A stretch of DNA of 64,000 nucleotides, from assembly GCA_964016885.1 (NCBI GenBank), contig OZ024743.1:291834001-291898000 (forward strand). The letters run 5' to 3'. How positions within the stretch are numbered: position 1 is the first letter of the stretch; the number at the start of each line of letters is the position of its first letter. The notes beneath the pieces are model-generated. The model had not been told where the DNA came from and did no database searches. It saw only the letters and a program-made list of their open reading frames with translations. The position numbers and the translations under genes are program-made. Of the stretch, positions 14,831 through 31,824 are shown one piece after another. The stretch is from Eledone cirrhosa (taxonomy: Eukaryota).

Positions 14831-16789
14831 ACGAACATAAATAAATAAACAAATAAATAGATAAAAACTTTAGAAAAATAAACATAAGTTTCATTGTAAC
14901 GTTTTAATATCTGACTTAGGATTTATTTTTTTTCCTTTTTGTTTTTCAAAGCCAGTAACTTCGGTTACTAGTGCCGTTGTTGCTGCTACTGCTGTTTTTG
15001 ATTTTAACTACGAGGGAAGTGGGAGTTATTGAGTTCAAAACTTTTGAAATTTGTTTTTCTTTTGTTGCTGCGTTTGTTTTTTTCTGTTCTGTAATTTTGC
15101 TTATCTAGAAATAAATTGGGACAATCTCTGGGAAAACACAATTGTTCATGTAATTTCGAAAAGATGCCTTGTGTATATTGTGTTAAGATATTCTAGAATA
15201 TTTCAACTGAATTTAAAAGAGGGAGGTTTTTTGGTGGGTTTTTTTTTGCATCTTGATACAATGAAAATACATTGACCGATACAATGTAAATGCTTTCAAT
15301 GAAACCTATATACAGTAGTATTGTAATTTTCTCATCAACTAAAACTTTCAGAAAACTATGGCTATTTTCAGTTGTGAAATACTATCGAATATAGAGCTCC
15401 ATACTAAATCTAGTGTAAAGTATATTTATATCATGTAAGGTTTTCACATTTATGTTGGTTGTAATGAATATAACTGTCACTTATTATAATCACTATGAAG
15501 GTGTAGCTATCATCTGTTATTATATACAATACTTATATATGTGTGCATGCGTGTGTGCATATATTTATGTTTGTGCTCTTTAGTTGTTTTGCTTGTTTTA
15601 GTTATAATAGCCAACGATATGGTGGATAATAACTTTATATATATAAAGAGAGAGTAGAGAGAGAGAGATGGGGAGCTATACAGTTAAGTAACATGTATAT
15701 ATGTGGGAGATGTATGACAGTGAATGCTAGTCGTAGGTTACTTTCAAATAAGTGTACCCTTTGGTTTCTGTAAATATTTTAAAAGTCGTTCATCACGTCT
15801 AGTATTGTTTTCCATTCGTAGTAAAATGGTTCTATGTTAACCCCACCCCCTCTCCCCCCGAAAAAAAAAACATGTCTTCAAATAAAATAGGTCTGAAATT
15901 AGTTTTGATGCTCTTTGAACAGAATGCAAATATAAAACATTCGATTCACTTGGTGATATTTCTGACGAAATGTTAATCTTAATACTGTAGAAACAATTGA
16001 GTCATTATCTTTCGTTTATATTTATTCATTATTTTTCTTTTTGATCTTTTTTTATTATTGTAATTTTCGAGATGTGACTAGAAGTTTCTCTTTGTATTTT
16101 GATGGTATTTTGCAGTGTTATTTTTTGCAGTGTTCTTTTTTTATGGTATTTTGCAGTATTCTTTTTCCCGCCTTTGCCAGAGGAGATTGAAAACAGTGAA
16201 TTAAGAATTTAGTATTGCTAATTATCTTTCTGGCTCCATATTTCAACACACGTGTGTCATAGAAACGCGATGTCTAGTGATGATGTAAAATAATAATGTC
16301 ATGCCATATTTAAATTCGTAATTATGTAGATTTATCACAAATCATCAATAATGAACGCAAAGTTGGAAAAATATAACAATAAATGAAAATGGATACAAGG
16401 AAAACAATTCAAAACGCAATGGCGAATAAATAATTATCAAAGTTTTCATATAAACAGGAAATGAATTTAACTAAATTAAAATAACCTGAATAAGGAACGA
16501 AGATATAATTGAATTAAAACAGAAAAAGGTTATTATGTGAAAATATTTAAGCATAAATATAGATCATTGAAATGGTATGATAAGGCTAAAAATGCGTCAA
16601 CATAAATAGTTTCCGCTTTATTGTGTTGATATTTAATTTTAGATTATGATAATGCAGAATGATGTCAGGCGCGATGAGTATCTGATCTTTATATGTACTA
16701 TCTAAAGATCCAGTGCTACAGATACACAAATTATACTGAATTGATTACGAAGATAATGTGCAGTTTTCTACATATTCTTGCTCTTGCTC

Positions 16790-17035
16790 GACGAGGCCGG
16801 GATCATCCTAATCCAGCGATCCAAAAGCATCACCGTGCATAGAGCCGACCATCTCCACCAGCATCCTACATCGCTGGTGGTCTCGTGCCAGCCCCTCTGC
16901 ATCTCCGAAGGTGATGTCAAGCATGTGGAGATCTTCACTGATGACATCCAGCCATCTGGTGCGGGACCTACCACGGTGCCTCTTCCAGCCTGCAGCCACT
17001 GCGTGGAACGAGAGTAAGCCCCTGGTAGGATGACC
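16790..17035 (-). mobile_element. RTE-like LINE 3' fragment
   Basis: WKRHRGRSRTRWLDVISEDL...AEGLARDHQRCRMLV resembles the RTE ORF2 C-terminus (GRPRxRW...A.DR..WR). Confidence 0.65.
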
Positions 17036-18164
17036 TAGTGGAAAGTGGAGGACATATCCCTATCTTATTGAGGACTATCATGTAGGACTTAGAATATCTG
17101 GGCCTGGCCAGGTCTGGGAAAATATCGTGCCAAGACTTACAACCGTGTTGGATGGAGATATTCAGCACCTGATTCCCATAGGGAGAAAGCGAAACCATTC
17201 CATCCGAGTACATTATTTCGAGTAAATAATCCATGCTAAATTTATAGAACACCCTTCTCAATTTCAGTGGGAAATACATTATTTCTTCGTTTTTGTTTTC
17301 GTGGACTATCATCTAATAAACACACAGCATGCTTGCAATCGCCTTTTTTCTTCAGAAAACGGACAGAAGTGGGCCCAACCCCGGAGTTTTCTCTAACTTT
17401 TTCTTCGCGTGTTGTCAACGAATCTGAGCTCCAGACCAATCGGAAATGACTAACTTTGCAGAAAAAGGAGTGGCTAAAGAGGCGAAAAAACCGGTGTTTT
17501 CGCTGATCTACACCCCTCACAGATTTGGTGGGATATAATTATTTTATTCGGTTCTTTCTTGTGCTATCAACTGAACTGATTTCCGAACTTACCTTAAAGT
17601 TCTTTTTTTCCGTAAAATCAGAAGAACACTAATTATTTCCCACCAAACGTGGGAGGGTGTCTGTCTAAGACAATCCGATGGCCTCCGCCTCCTTTTGCTA
17701 CAAAGCTAGACATTCTGACAGATTTGATGGTCCTTGATAAAACGTGAATGAAAATATTATAGAAAACTCGGGATATGGTGATCCGGGAAAGAAAGCCGAT
17801 TTCGACGAGCATGCAAGAGGTCAAACTCGTTGACAGCACACGGAAAAAAAGGAGGAGAGTAAAGTATTTCCAAATGAACTCGAGATTGGTGTTCTTTTAT
17901 AGTAATGCCTAATTTGTAGGTGTAATGGTTATTATTTCTATGTGTGTTTATTTCAAATATCTGAACTGGAGGGTTTAATGAAGAGTGTTTGTAGGGTGGC
18001 ACAATACTATTGTGGCTTATTGTAAATGTAGAATGTGATTGTGATTGAAGCCGGAGACGGGCGCAGTTTATAATTTTTTACAACAAACTACTTTCATTGC
18101 ATATAAGACTGGTCATTCTTTTAAGTCATTTGGCTATTTTAGATGCTATATACATATGTATAAG

Positions 18165-18534
<370 letters not shown>

Positions 18535-19727
18535 TACCCACTCTACTACCTCAAGTATTGAGTACTTTGGTGCGTTATGGTCCACCTGGTTCCTTACCAC
18601 ATTTCCTTCGTTATATATATATATATATATACATGGGTTAATAATTGCTTTGGTATGTCTCCTCTCCAAATTCTTATACTATACTATGCAGGAAATTGGG
18701 AATCCATAACAAGGCTTAACAAAAGCTGTGGAAACAAAAGCGCACCCAAATGTTTGCAATGGAGTGTAATTGTCTCAACACACCCAATGATTAGGTGGTG
18801 CGCTTAAAATAGATACTGCAAAGTACAATACCCCCCCCCCCCCCCCCGATCGGCTTCTGTACGCTTTTTGTCTACCAAATTTCATTAAAAAGAGCATGGT
18901 TGACGATGTACTTATTCTAAATTATTGTCGCAGAAGCAATTGTATTGTTTTCAAGTATATTTACAACCACGAAATAAAAAAAGCGTGTCCATATGATCGG
19001 TGCTTCTATTTTGTGAATTTTAATGAAATCTCGAAGCAGAAGGAAAATGACACGCTGGAGTCACTCCAAGGTCACTGGAGCCTTCTCTCGTCCATCGAAG
19101 GCATATTTGAAGGCTCATGTCACAGAATGGAAAATATTCCCCGAGTTTGTCTCTACTCTACCTGATTATCTACTGTTAAATTGTGGTATGTCTCCTTGAA
19201 ATTATCCACCCACGCTATTTTTTTTTTCCCTATCTTTTCTCTTTTCACTCAACTCTCTTTAAATAGATTAGTGAAATATTTTTGTCCTAAATTAATTTTC
19301 TCTCTTTGAGGATTCTAATAAAATTATTTTATAATTTTTTCATTCCTGGCATTTCACTGTACACATAGGCCTTTATACGCACACAGATGCAGAGAGACAT
19401 ATAATTGCGCGTGTGTGTGTGTCTCCGGGTGAATGTTTCTACGTCTCTGCGTGTGGCTGTGTCGATGTGTGCTTGTACACGAAAGTGTGCTCATGTGTGT
19501 GCCTGTCTGCAATGAAGCAATAAGCTGAAACATGGAAGTCACCGACACATTTTTCTTCAGAAAAGATTTTCCATTCTGATCACACGTTGTGAGTGTTCAA
19601 TCAATTAACGTTTGAATGTTTTCAGTACAAAGGGATTTTAAAAACCAGTTCAGTATACACACACACTCTTGCACACGCATACTACCCCCCCCCCCCCCAC
19701 ACACACACACACTTGCACACACATAGT

Positions 19728-19805
<78 letters not shown>

Positions 19806-20262
19806 CATATGTTTATATATAAATATATGTGTATATATTTATATATATATGTGTATATATTTATATATATATATATGTATGTATATATATATATGTGTGT
19901 GTGTGTGTATGTGTGTTGGTGTATGTGTGCGTGTGTTTGTGTGTGTGTGTGTCTGTGTGTTAGGTGTGTGCGCAAAGACACATATAAACTGATGATGGAG
20001 GTCCACAGATCCATTTATATTCACTTATTTGTGGGTTTGTAAGGGGTCGATAAGTAAAGTAGGTTTAGGTTTAGAGGATGGGGTATAAAAGTGAAAAATA
20101 AAGGGTAAAAAAAAAGGTAGAGGACGTAAAAGGTTAAAATATATATCATATTAAATATATATATATAAAGTTAAATAAAATGATAAATAAAGAAAAGTAA
20201 GGAGAAATTAGGGGGTAAATGTTAACGAAAATAATGACAAAAAAATTAAATAATAATAATTA

Positions 20263-23130
20263 AATGTTTTCTTTATTAGCCACAAAAATGGGGTTAAAAA
20301 ACACATTGAGGACAGCACATCACGGTACAGGATGGTACAAATATGGGTTTATGCGTGTATAAAAAAAGGAATGTAACAAAAAATCGAAACAAAGGAAAAT
20401 TCACTCTTAGAGAGAAATGTTAGTGACTCACTTGTTGAGAAAGCCCTCAAAACTCCACGGCGAAACTGATTACCAGGGCACGTGCCCTCTCCCAGTTCTA
20501 CACATCGCATACTCCGAGTTCTACAGACGCATACTCCGAGCAGGCCCTTTCAGTCGGGCCTGGCTCGACTCTCTGACCCATCTTTCAAAATATTGCTGAG
20601 AAGGGAGCAATTCTCCTTCCATCTTTATTTTCCTTTTCAAACAAAAGTTGAAAGAGATAAACAGGGTTTCACCGAAGAGCTGAATGCTCGTTTTCAGCCC
20701 TTCAAACGTATTCACCACGACATATTTTGCCATAGGCCCTATGCAGATAAAAACTGCCTGCCCTACCCAGCTAAATTAAATCTTCTGGTCAATCTTCTCG
20801 ATGGATACAACTGATAGCCGGATCCATCCTTCACGCGAGAGCAGGTATTCGACATAAACCCACAAGTTAGCAATGCTCGGAGACTCAACGAGTGTGTGCA
20901 GGACGGTTTCTTCACCCTACCCTGCACACATGTCGGACAGGTCCGGTCACAGCACTACGATGCCTGAAGAATTTATCTAAGCCCGGCAACACTCCACAGT
21001 AGCATTGCCAGGCCAACGATTTATGGAAGTTATCCATAGGTACTGAACCGAAAGCCCTGCGGAATAGAATGGCTGGTTAAATTTCGTCGCCGCCCAGAAT
21101 TTTCCCAACAACGTCGTCGCATTTACCACCCACTAACCCTCTATAGAACGCTAAGGCAGAGTTTCCACCAAACTAATGTTCGACTGACTGAACTGTGTGA
21201 GCGGTTAGCCTCCATACGCTCTCCTTCGATCTCCGCTAGAACCAGGATTGCAGCTCCATCAAAGAGACGAGATGGAGGAAAACGTGTCGAGTGAATGTCG
21301 ACCACACCTGTTCACCATTCAGGAAAAGCTGGAGATGTCATAGCCTTAGCGCATGTCTGCGCATCATAAACCATGGCATGTCCAGTCCTACACGTATCGT
21401 GTGTTGACAACAGATAGAATTTCTGATCATGAAGGCCTCCCTTCTACAAACAGCGAAAGAGAAAACGCTCCAATCCAGTTAGACGAGGTTTTGGACAAGG
21501 CACGATGGTCAGGCGATAGGATATCCCTGCCGTCTTCGCCACCTACACCCGATATTTCAGGGATAGATTCCTCTTGGCCGATTTCTGTGTGAGAATGGCC
21601 ACCCTGCTCGTTACCTCGTCTCAGTTTTTGTCCGTCTGGAGGTCCGAGCAAAAACAGACCCAGAGCAATTTAATCGATCCATCTGTCCAGCCCCCTTCGA
21701 CGCTGATGGACGGCATGGACACGGCTCTCTAGGTGCCGAGCCACAGTCCCACCGACTTTTCATGGTTAATATTCGACGGTTACTAGGTGTACGCATCATC
21801 GATCCCTCCGGGATCCGAAAGGGAAGTCAGTGATTTTGTACGTGACGAGAGTGAAGGTCAAGCTTTCAGGCTAGTGGCTGTTTATGCCACGTAGGAGCAT
21901 GACTGCCTAATCTTTCGAGACGCATGAATATTTCCCTAGGAACGAACCGCTCTTTACTGTTAGTGAGTGACATGAACGGAGTCTTAGTCTGCGCTAGGAA
22001 TAAGTGAGACTAGTGGATAGGGGAAGAGGGTCGAAAAACCTCGCAAATCTCCTAAGACTCTTCTAACGGTTAGGTACCGACTGGATTTCCTGAATGTGGC
22101 AATGGGTACATGGTCAAACCACATGGCGTCATCCAGATCGTATCTCGTTGGGATAATCGGTAGGGCAATAGACGAACCTAGCATAGGGTGTCTACAATAT
22201 AAGGTAATCTAATACACACGCCATTAATATGTGCCGTGTGTAAGAAATATAGATAGGATTATTCCCGGTGAGCAAAGCCTACAGAGACTGATTAACGAAT
22301 TAGTTAAGCGAGCATTGACGGGAGCAATCGTCAACAACAAACTCTGGAACACTCTGAAAAGGGTGATTACTGTAAACTCGATAAGGTTTAGCAAAGCCGT
22401 AGCAATAGAAAAATCTAGAGCAGAGGCAGAGCTCGTTAGAAAACAAGAAGAGGCGAGAAGTCAAGGCATCGCAACCGACGATGTTGCGGCGTGATTGGCC
22501 CTCGACGGATTCATGAAGGCTGTGTGAATAGAGATAATGCGCGTGATCTTAGAACCGAGGGAACACCAGCTGTTCATTGGGATCAACTAGCGATGAACCG
22601 GCGAAATAACAAAGCCAAGATCCGATACTTAGAAAACCACTAGTGGCGCAGGATATTTGATCCCAATCAGATTTGTGGGGATTTTCAGCAGCACTTTGCC
22701 CGACAGTTCGGGAGTGGGGGTGGGACGTATTGCAGGATGGACTTCAAAACGTTACCGTGGGTGTCTAAGTCGGAGGCGGAGTGTTGCGGAAAGCCGATAA
22801 TAATCGCTGAAATACAGGGTGCGAGGGGAAAATCGCTTGGTTTGGATGGTCTACCCTACGAGCTTTACGTTTACATTCCAGTCTTATTTTGTGTCCTCAT
22901 TGCAGACGTCTAAAACAACTGGCACCAGAATGGGAGAACTCGCAATTATGTGAGCCGTAGAGAGGAGGCGCTACTGAAAAAAGCCCCGATATAGAAGGAC
23001 AATATAGATAATTTTACGCCCATAACTCTGCTAAATGCAGGATTCAAAATCTTGGCTATGGTTCCAGCAAATTGGTTTGCGCTTGTCGTTGGTGGTCTGG
23101 TAGTAGAGGCGCAGACATGTGCCAAACATG
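20263..23130 (-). mobile_element. Degenerate Tx1-like LINE with 5' inversion (3' part on minus 20263-~21780; EN/RT N-terminal part on plus ~21810-23130)
   Basis: FNFCLKRKIKMEGELL..QYFERWVRE (minus) and INELVKRALTGAIVNNKLW, GLDGLPYELY, NFTPITLLN (plus) match ORF 59609-63028. Confidence 0.85.
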
Positions 23131-23388
23131 GATAAATATATATACACACATATATTCATATACATATGAACGTATGGGTTATATCGAACATTAATATTCG
23201 ATTCGTTTGCACACAATGTATACTTCAGAAAATACTTCATATTTTCAACCCTTCAAGCGATTAGCAGAGAAGTAAACAGTCTTGATGAAGGGGAATGTCC
23301 CGGGAACATGTTTGGTTATCGGCACGGCACAGCATTTGGCGTGAATTTTGTTTACAAATTAATCGAATATATCCCATACGTACATATG

Positions 23389-23419
<31 letters not shown>

Positions 23420-23476
<57 letters not shown>

Positions 23477-23835
23477 TGTGCGTGTGTGTGTGTGTGCATG
23501 TGCGTGTGTTTGTGTGCGTGTGTTTGTGTACGTATGCATAAATAGATTATATATTGTTTAGATTTTACGTCCTCTACCGTTTATATTTTTACCCTTTATT
23601 TTTAACTCTTATACCCCACACTCTGACCCTAAAACTACTAAACCCCCACCCCACCCTTTACAAACCAACCATTAAGTGCATATAAACGCATCTCGGGTCC
23701 TCTGTCATAAGTTTAGATGTGTCTGCACATATAAGCTCGCATATCTGAGAAAGTGTTGTATATATGCTGCAAAATTGACTTCGACTATTAAATTTTTTTT
23801 CTCTCTCACTTTGACTTTCGCTCATTCTATCTCCC

Positions 23836-23920
<85 letters not shown>

Positions 23921-25218
23921 ACTAGAAATTGATTAATATATAAATAAACATAAATAATCACAGGTGATAATTTTTACAAGTGTGTAACCACACATAGCTA
24001 GGTAGGTAACTAAATAGAGTTGACCAGTACTTCAAAAATAGATACCTTATAATATGATTAATCTTCCCTGTATATATTCCATTGAAGAAATATATTTCAC
24101 CAATTAATCGGATGGTAAACCACGGAAGTGGAGACTTGGATTTTCAACAAGGAAGAAGTTCCAGCGATCCGTGTTTACACTTCAAGTTCAAATCAGCGAC
24201 TGGCCGGCAACACGTGCTATATCAACTAGAAATACACACATCATACTAGCTTCGTCCCAGTGGCGTGAATAGGGTTATCGACAACTAGAAACAGCAGTCA
24301 GCTCTACAATTAAGGAGCCGTATTTATATATCTATATCCAAAATTAAGTTAAATCAAATGAGTTTAAACAAATGAATTAAATCAAATGAATTTAATCTAA
24401 ATTTTAGTTACCTACCTAACTATGTATGTTACACACTTGTAAACATTATCTCCTGTGATTATTCATGTTTATTTATATGTTAATCAATTTCTACTTATTA
24501 TAAAATGCTCGGACCTACTCGTTAGAATCTTAGAGCTTATTTTGCGGGTGATATGGCGCATGTCTTTCTGGCATGACACCCATAATTTTGATTTAGATTA
24601 AATTCATTTGATTTAACTTAATTTTGGATATAGATATATAAATACGGCTCCTTAATTGTAGAGCTAACTCTGTTGAAAGGACTCGACTGCGGTTTCTAGT
24701 TGTCGATAACCCTATTCGCGCCACTGGGACGAAGCTAGTATGATGTGTGTATTTCTAGTAGATATGGCACGTGTTGCCGGCCAGTCGCTTATTTGAACTT
24801 GAAGTGTAAACAGGGATCGCTGGAACTTCTTCCTTGTTGAAAATCCAAGTCTCCACTTCCGTGGTTTACCATCCGATTAATTGGTGAAATATATTTTTTT
24901 AATGGAATATATACAGGGAAGATTAATCATATTATAAGGTATCTACTTTTAAAGTTCTGGTCAACTCTATTTAGTTATCGACCAAGCCATGTGTGGTTAT
25001 ACACTTGTAAAAATTATCTCCTGTGATTATTCATGTTTATTTATATGTTATTCAATTTCTAGTTATTATAAAATGCTCTGACCTACTCTTTAGAAACTTA
25101 GAGCTTATTTTGCGGGTGATATGGCGCATGTCTTTCTGGCATGACACCCATAATTTTGATTTACATTAAATTCATTTGATTTAACTTAATTTTGGATATA
25201 TTTATATATATATATATA

Positions 25219-25283
<65 letters not shown>

Positions 25284-25480
25284 TCTTTGTTGTTCTCCTG
25301 TCTCACTCGCTTTACGCGTTTCAATTGTCCTAATAACTTATTTTGGTTATTATTGCACCGACGTGAGGTATATGATTTTTAATGCAATGAAATATCTATG
25401 ATCGTCGGCAAATCACTGATGAGGGACTCATTTTATTACATGTTATCCATGTGCTACCTGCAGTATTTTTCTCTATATTT

Positions 25481-25518
<38 letters not shown>

Positions 25519-25775
25519 CGGAAAAGATTGTTTTGTTAAAAACCGGTGTACGTAGGAGAAAGCTCCCAACAATTATATGTCTGCTGGGCACACAAGCAGT
25601 AGGACGTGTGTTTTTCCCGTCAGAGATATATCAAACATATCGGTTTTTATCTGAGGATACTGTTCTAATAAACAACAGCAAATGCATGAAGGACATCACA
25701 ATTGCATGGAGACCCGTGGAAATAGGTACAATGATTAAACGATATATGTAACCTCAGCATCTTATTTTGTTATAT

Positions 25776-25874
<99 letters not shown>

Positions 25875-26236
25875 GTGCGTGTGTGTGTGTGTGCATGTGC
25901 GTGTGTTTGTGTGCGTGTGTTTGTGTACGTATGCATAAATAGATTATATATTGTTTAGATTTTACGTCCTCTACCGTTTATATTTTTACCCTTTATTTTT
26001 CACTCTTACACCCCACACTCTGACCCTAAACCTACTAAACCCCCACCCCACCCTTTACAAACCAACCATTAAGTGCATATAAACGCATCTCGGGTCCTCT
26101 GTCATAAGTTTAGATGTGTCTGCACATATAAGCTCGCATATCTGAGAAAGTGTTGTATATATACTGCAAAATTGACTTCGACTATTAAATTTTTTTTCTC
26201 TCTCACTTTGACTTTCGCTCATTCTATCTCCCTATT

Positions 26237-26312
<76 letters not shown>

Positions 26313-27589
26313 ACTAGAAATTGATTAATATATAAATAAACATAAATAATCACAGGTGATAATTTTTACAAGTGTGTAACCACACATAGCTAGGTAGGTA
26401 ACTAAATAGAGTTGACCAGAACTTCAAAAATAGATACCTTATAATATGATTAATCTTCCCTGTATATATTCCATTGAAGAAATATATTTCACCAATTAAT
26501 CGGATGGTAAACCACGGAAGTGGAGACTTGGATTTTCAACAAGGAAGAAGTTCCAGCGATCCGTGTTTACACTTCAAGTTCAAATCAGCGACTGGCCGGC
26601 AACACGTGCTATATCAACTAGAAATACACACATCATACTAGCTTCGTCCCAGTCGTGTGAATAGGGTTATCTACAACTAGAAACAGCAGTCAGCTCTACA
26701 ATTAAGGAGCCGTATTTATATATCTATATCCAAAATTAAGTTAAATCAAATGAGTTTAATCAAATGAATTAAATCAAATGAATTTAATCTAAATTTTAGT
26801 TACCTACCTAACTATGTATGTTACACACTTGTAAACATTATCTCCTGTGATTATTCATGTTTATTTATATGTTAATCAATTTCTACTTATTATAAAATGC
26901 TCGGACCTACTCGTTAGAATCTTAGAGCTTATTTTGCGGGTGATATGGCGCATGTCTTTCTGGCATGACACCCATAATTTTGATTTAGATTAAATTCATT
27001 TGATTTAACTTAATTTTGGATATAGATATATAAATACGGCTCCTTAATTGTAGAGCTAACTCTGTTGAAAGGACTCGACTGCGGTTTCTAGTTGTCGATA
27101 ACCCTATTCACGCCACTGGGACGAAGCTAGTATGATGTGTGTATTTCTAGTAGATATGGCACGTGTTGCGGCCAGTCGCTTATTTGAACTTGAAGTGTAA
27201 ACAGGGATCGCTGGAACTTCTTCCTTGTTGAAAATCCAAGTCTCCACTTCCGTGGTTTACCATCCGATTAATTGGTGAAATATATTTTTTTAATGGAATA
27301 TATACAGGGAAGATTAATCATATTATAAGGTATCTATTTTTAAAGTTCTGGTCAACTCTATTTAGTTACCGACCAAGCCATGTGTGGTTATACACTTGTA
27401 AAAATTATCTCCTGTGATTATTCATGTTTATTTATATGTTATTCAATTTCTAGTTATTATAAAATGCTCTGACCTACTCTTTAGAAACTTAGAGCTTATT
27501 TTGCGGGTGATATGGCGCATGTCTTTCTGGCATGACACCCATAATTTTGATTTACATTAAATTCATTTGATTTAACTTAATTTTGGATA

Positions 27590-27624
<35 letters not shown>

Positions 27625-27821
27625 TCTTTGTTGTTCTCCTGTCTCACTCGCTTTACGCGTTTCAATTGTCCTAATAACATATTTTGGTTATTATTGCACC
27701 GACGTGAGGTATATGATTTTTAATGCAATGAAATATCTATGATCGTCGGCAAATCACTGACGAGGGACTCATTTTATTACATGTTATCCATGTGCTACCT
27801 GCAGTATTTTTCTCTATATTT

Positions 27822-27865
<44 letters not shown>

Positions 27866-28130
27866 CGGAAAAGATTGTTTTGTTAAAAACCGGTGTACGT
27901 AGGAGAAAGCTCCCAACAATTATATGTCTGCTGGGCACACAAGCAGTAGGACTTGTGTTTTTCCCGTCAGAGATATTTCAAACATATCGGTTTTTATCTG
28001 AGGATACTGTTCTAATAAACAACAGCAAATGCATGAAGGACATCACAATTGCATGGAGACCCGTGGAAATAAGTACAATGATTAAACGATATATGTAACC
28101 TCACCATCTTATTTTGTTATATATATATAT
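23420..28130. repeat. ~2.4-kb direct tandem duplication (23420-25800 and 25830-28130)
   Basis: Near-identical sequence, e.g. 23541 vs 25938 (offset 2397); breakpoints fall in (TA)n/(TG)n tracts. Confidence 0.95.
23917..25200. mobile_element. Non-coding ~570-bp unit in partial tandem plus inverted arrangement (PLE-like architecture); duplicated at 26310-27590
   Basis: 23917-24400 is inverted relative to 24590-25070; 24500-24630 recurs at 25070-25200; flanked by (TA)n. Confidence 0.6.
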
Positions 28131-28515
28131 ATAATATATATGTATATATATATATATAATAGAATAATCGAGTATCGGAAAATCAGCTCACGAATTAACG
28201 ATAAACAAATCCGACATGAGTGGCAGAGGGCTCAATAATTCAGATAAATCAGAGCTATAACTATCGTTAAAATACCAACACACAAAGATTATGCCTAAAA
28301 TAACCCATGCAGCCGAAAAAGAACGACCAGGAAGATTCGGGTCACTCAAACAAAATATCAATAAATCAATAATTTATATGAATGTAAAAAACTTACCCGG
28401 ACCCACTAGAAAGGTGGTAAATCTAGCTTCTTGGGTTTCTGCAATTCCTTAATCCGTTCTCTATCAGCCCACATAAAAATATATAAGACTTCTAGGGAAA
28501 TATATATATATATAT

Positions 28516-31478
<2,963 letters not shown>

Positions 31479-31708
31479 TAAACAAAAAGTACTCGATACT
31501 TAGGGTAGTAAAGTGGGTAACAGGAAAAAAATCAGGACACCGACGGCTGAGATCCGACCATCTCGACGGCTAGATCCGAACAGTGTTCCTGACACATTTC
31601 CTATATATATATGTATATATATATATTGCTCTACGGTTCTTATATATTTGATATATATTTATCCTTATCGAGCCCTCTTTGGATTTTAGTCTTGAAATGT
31701 ATTATTAT

Positions 31709-31824
<116 letters not shown>

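Noticed and set aside
25410-25735. CTGATGA and CTGAGGA motifs in a (TA)n-flanked segment
   Set aside because: No matching GAAA/stem set could be folded with confidence
28390-28475. Minus-strand CUGAUAG...GAAACCCA...UGGGUC hammerhead-like motif
   Set aside because: Core is non-canonical and stems I and II do not pair convincingly
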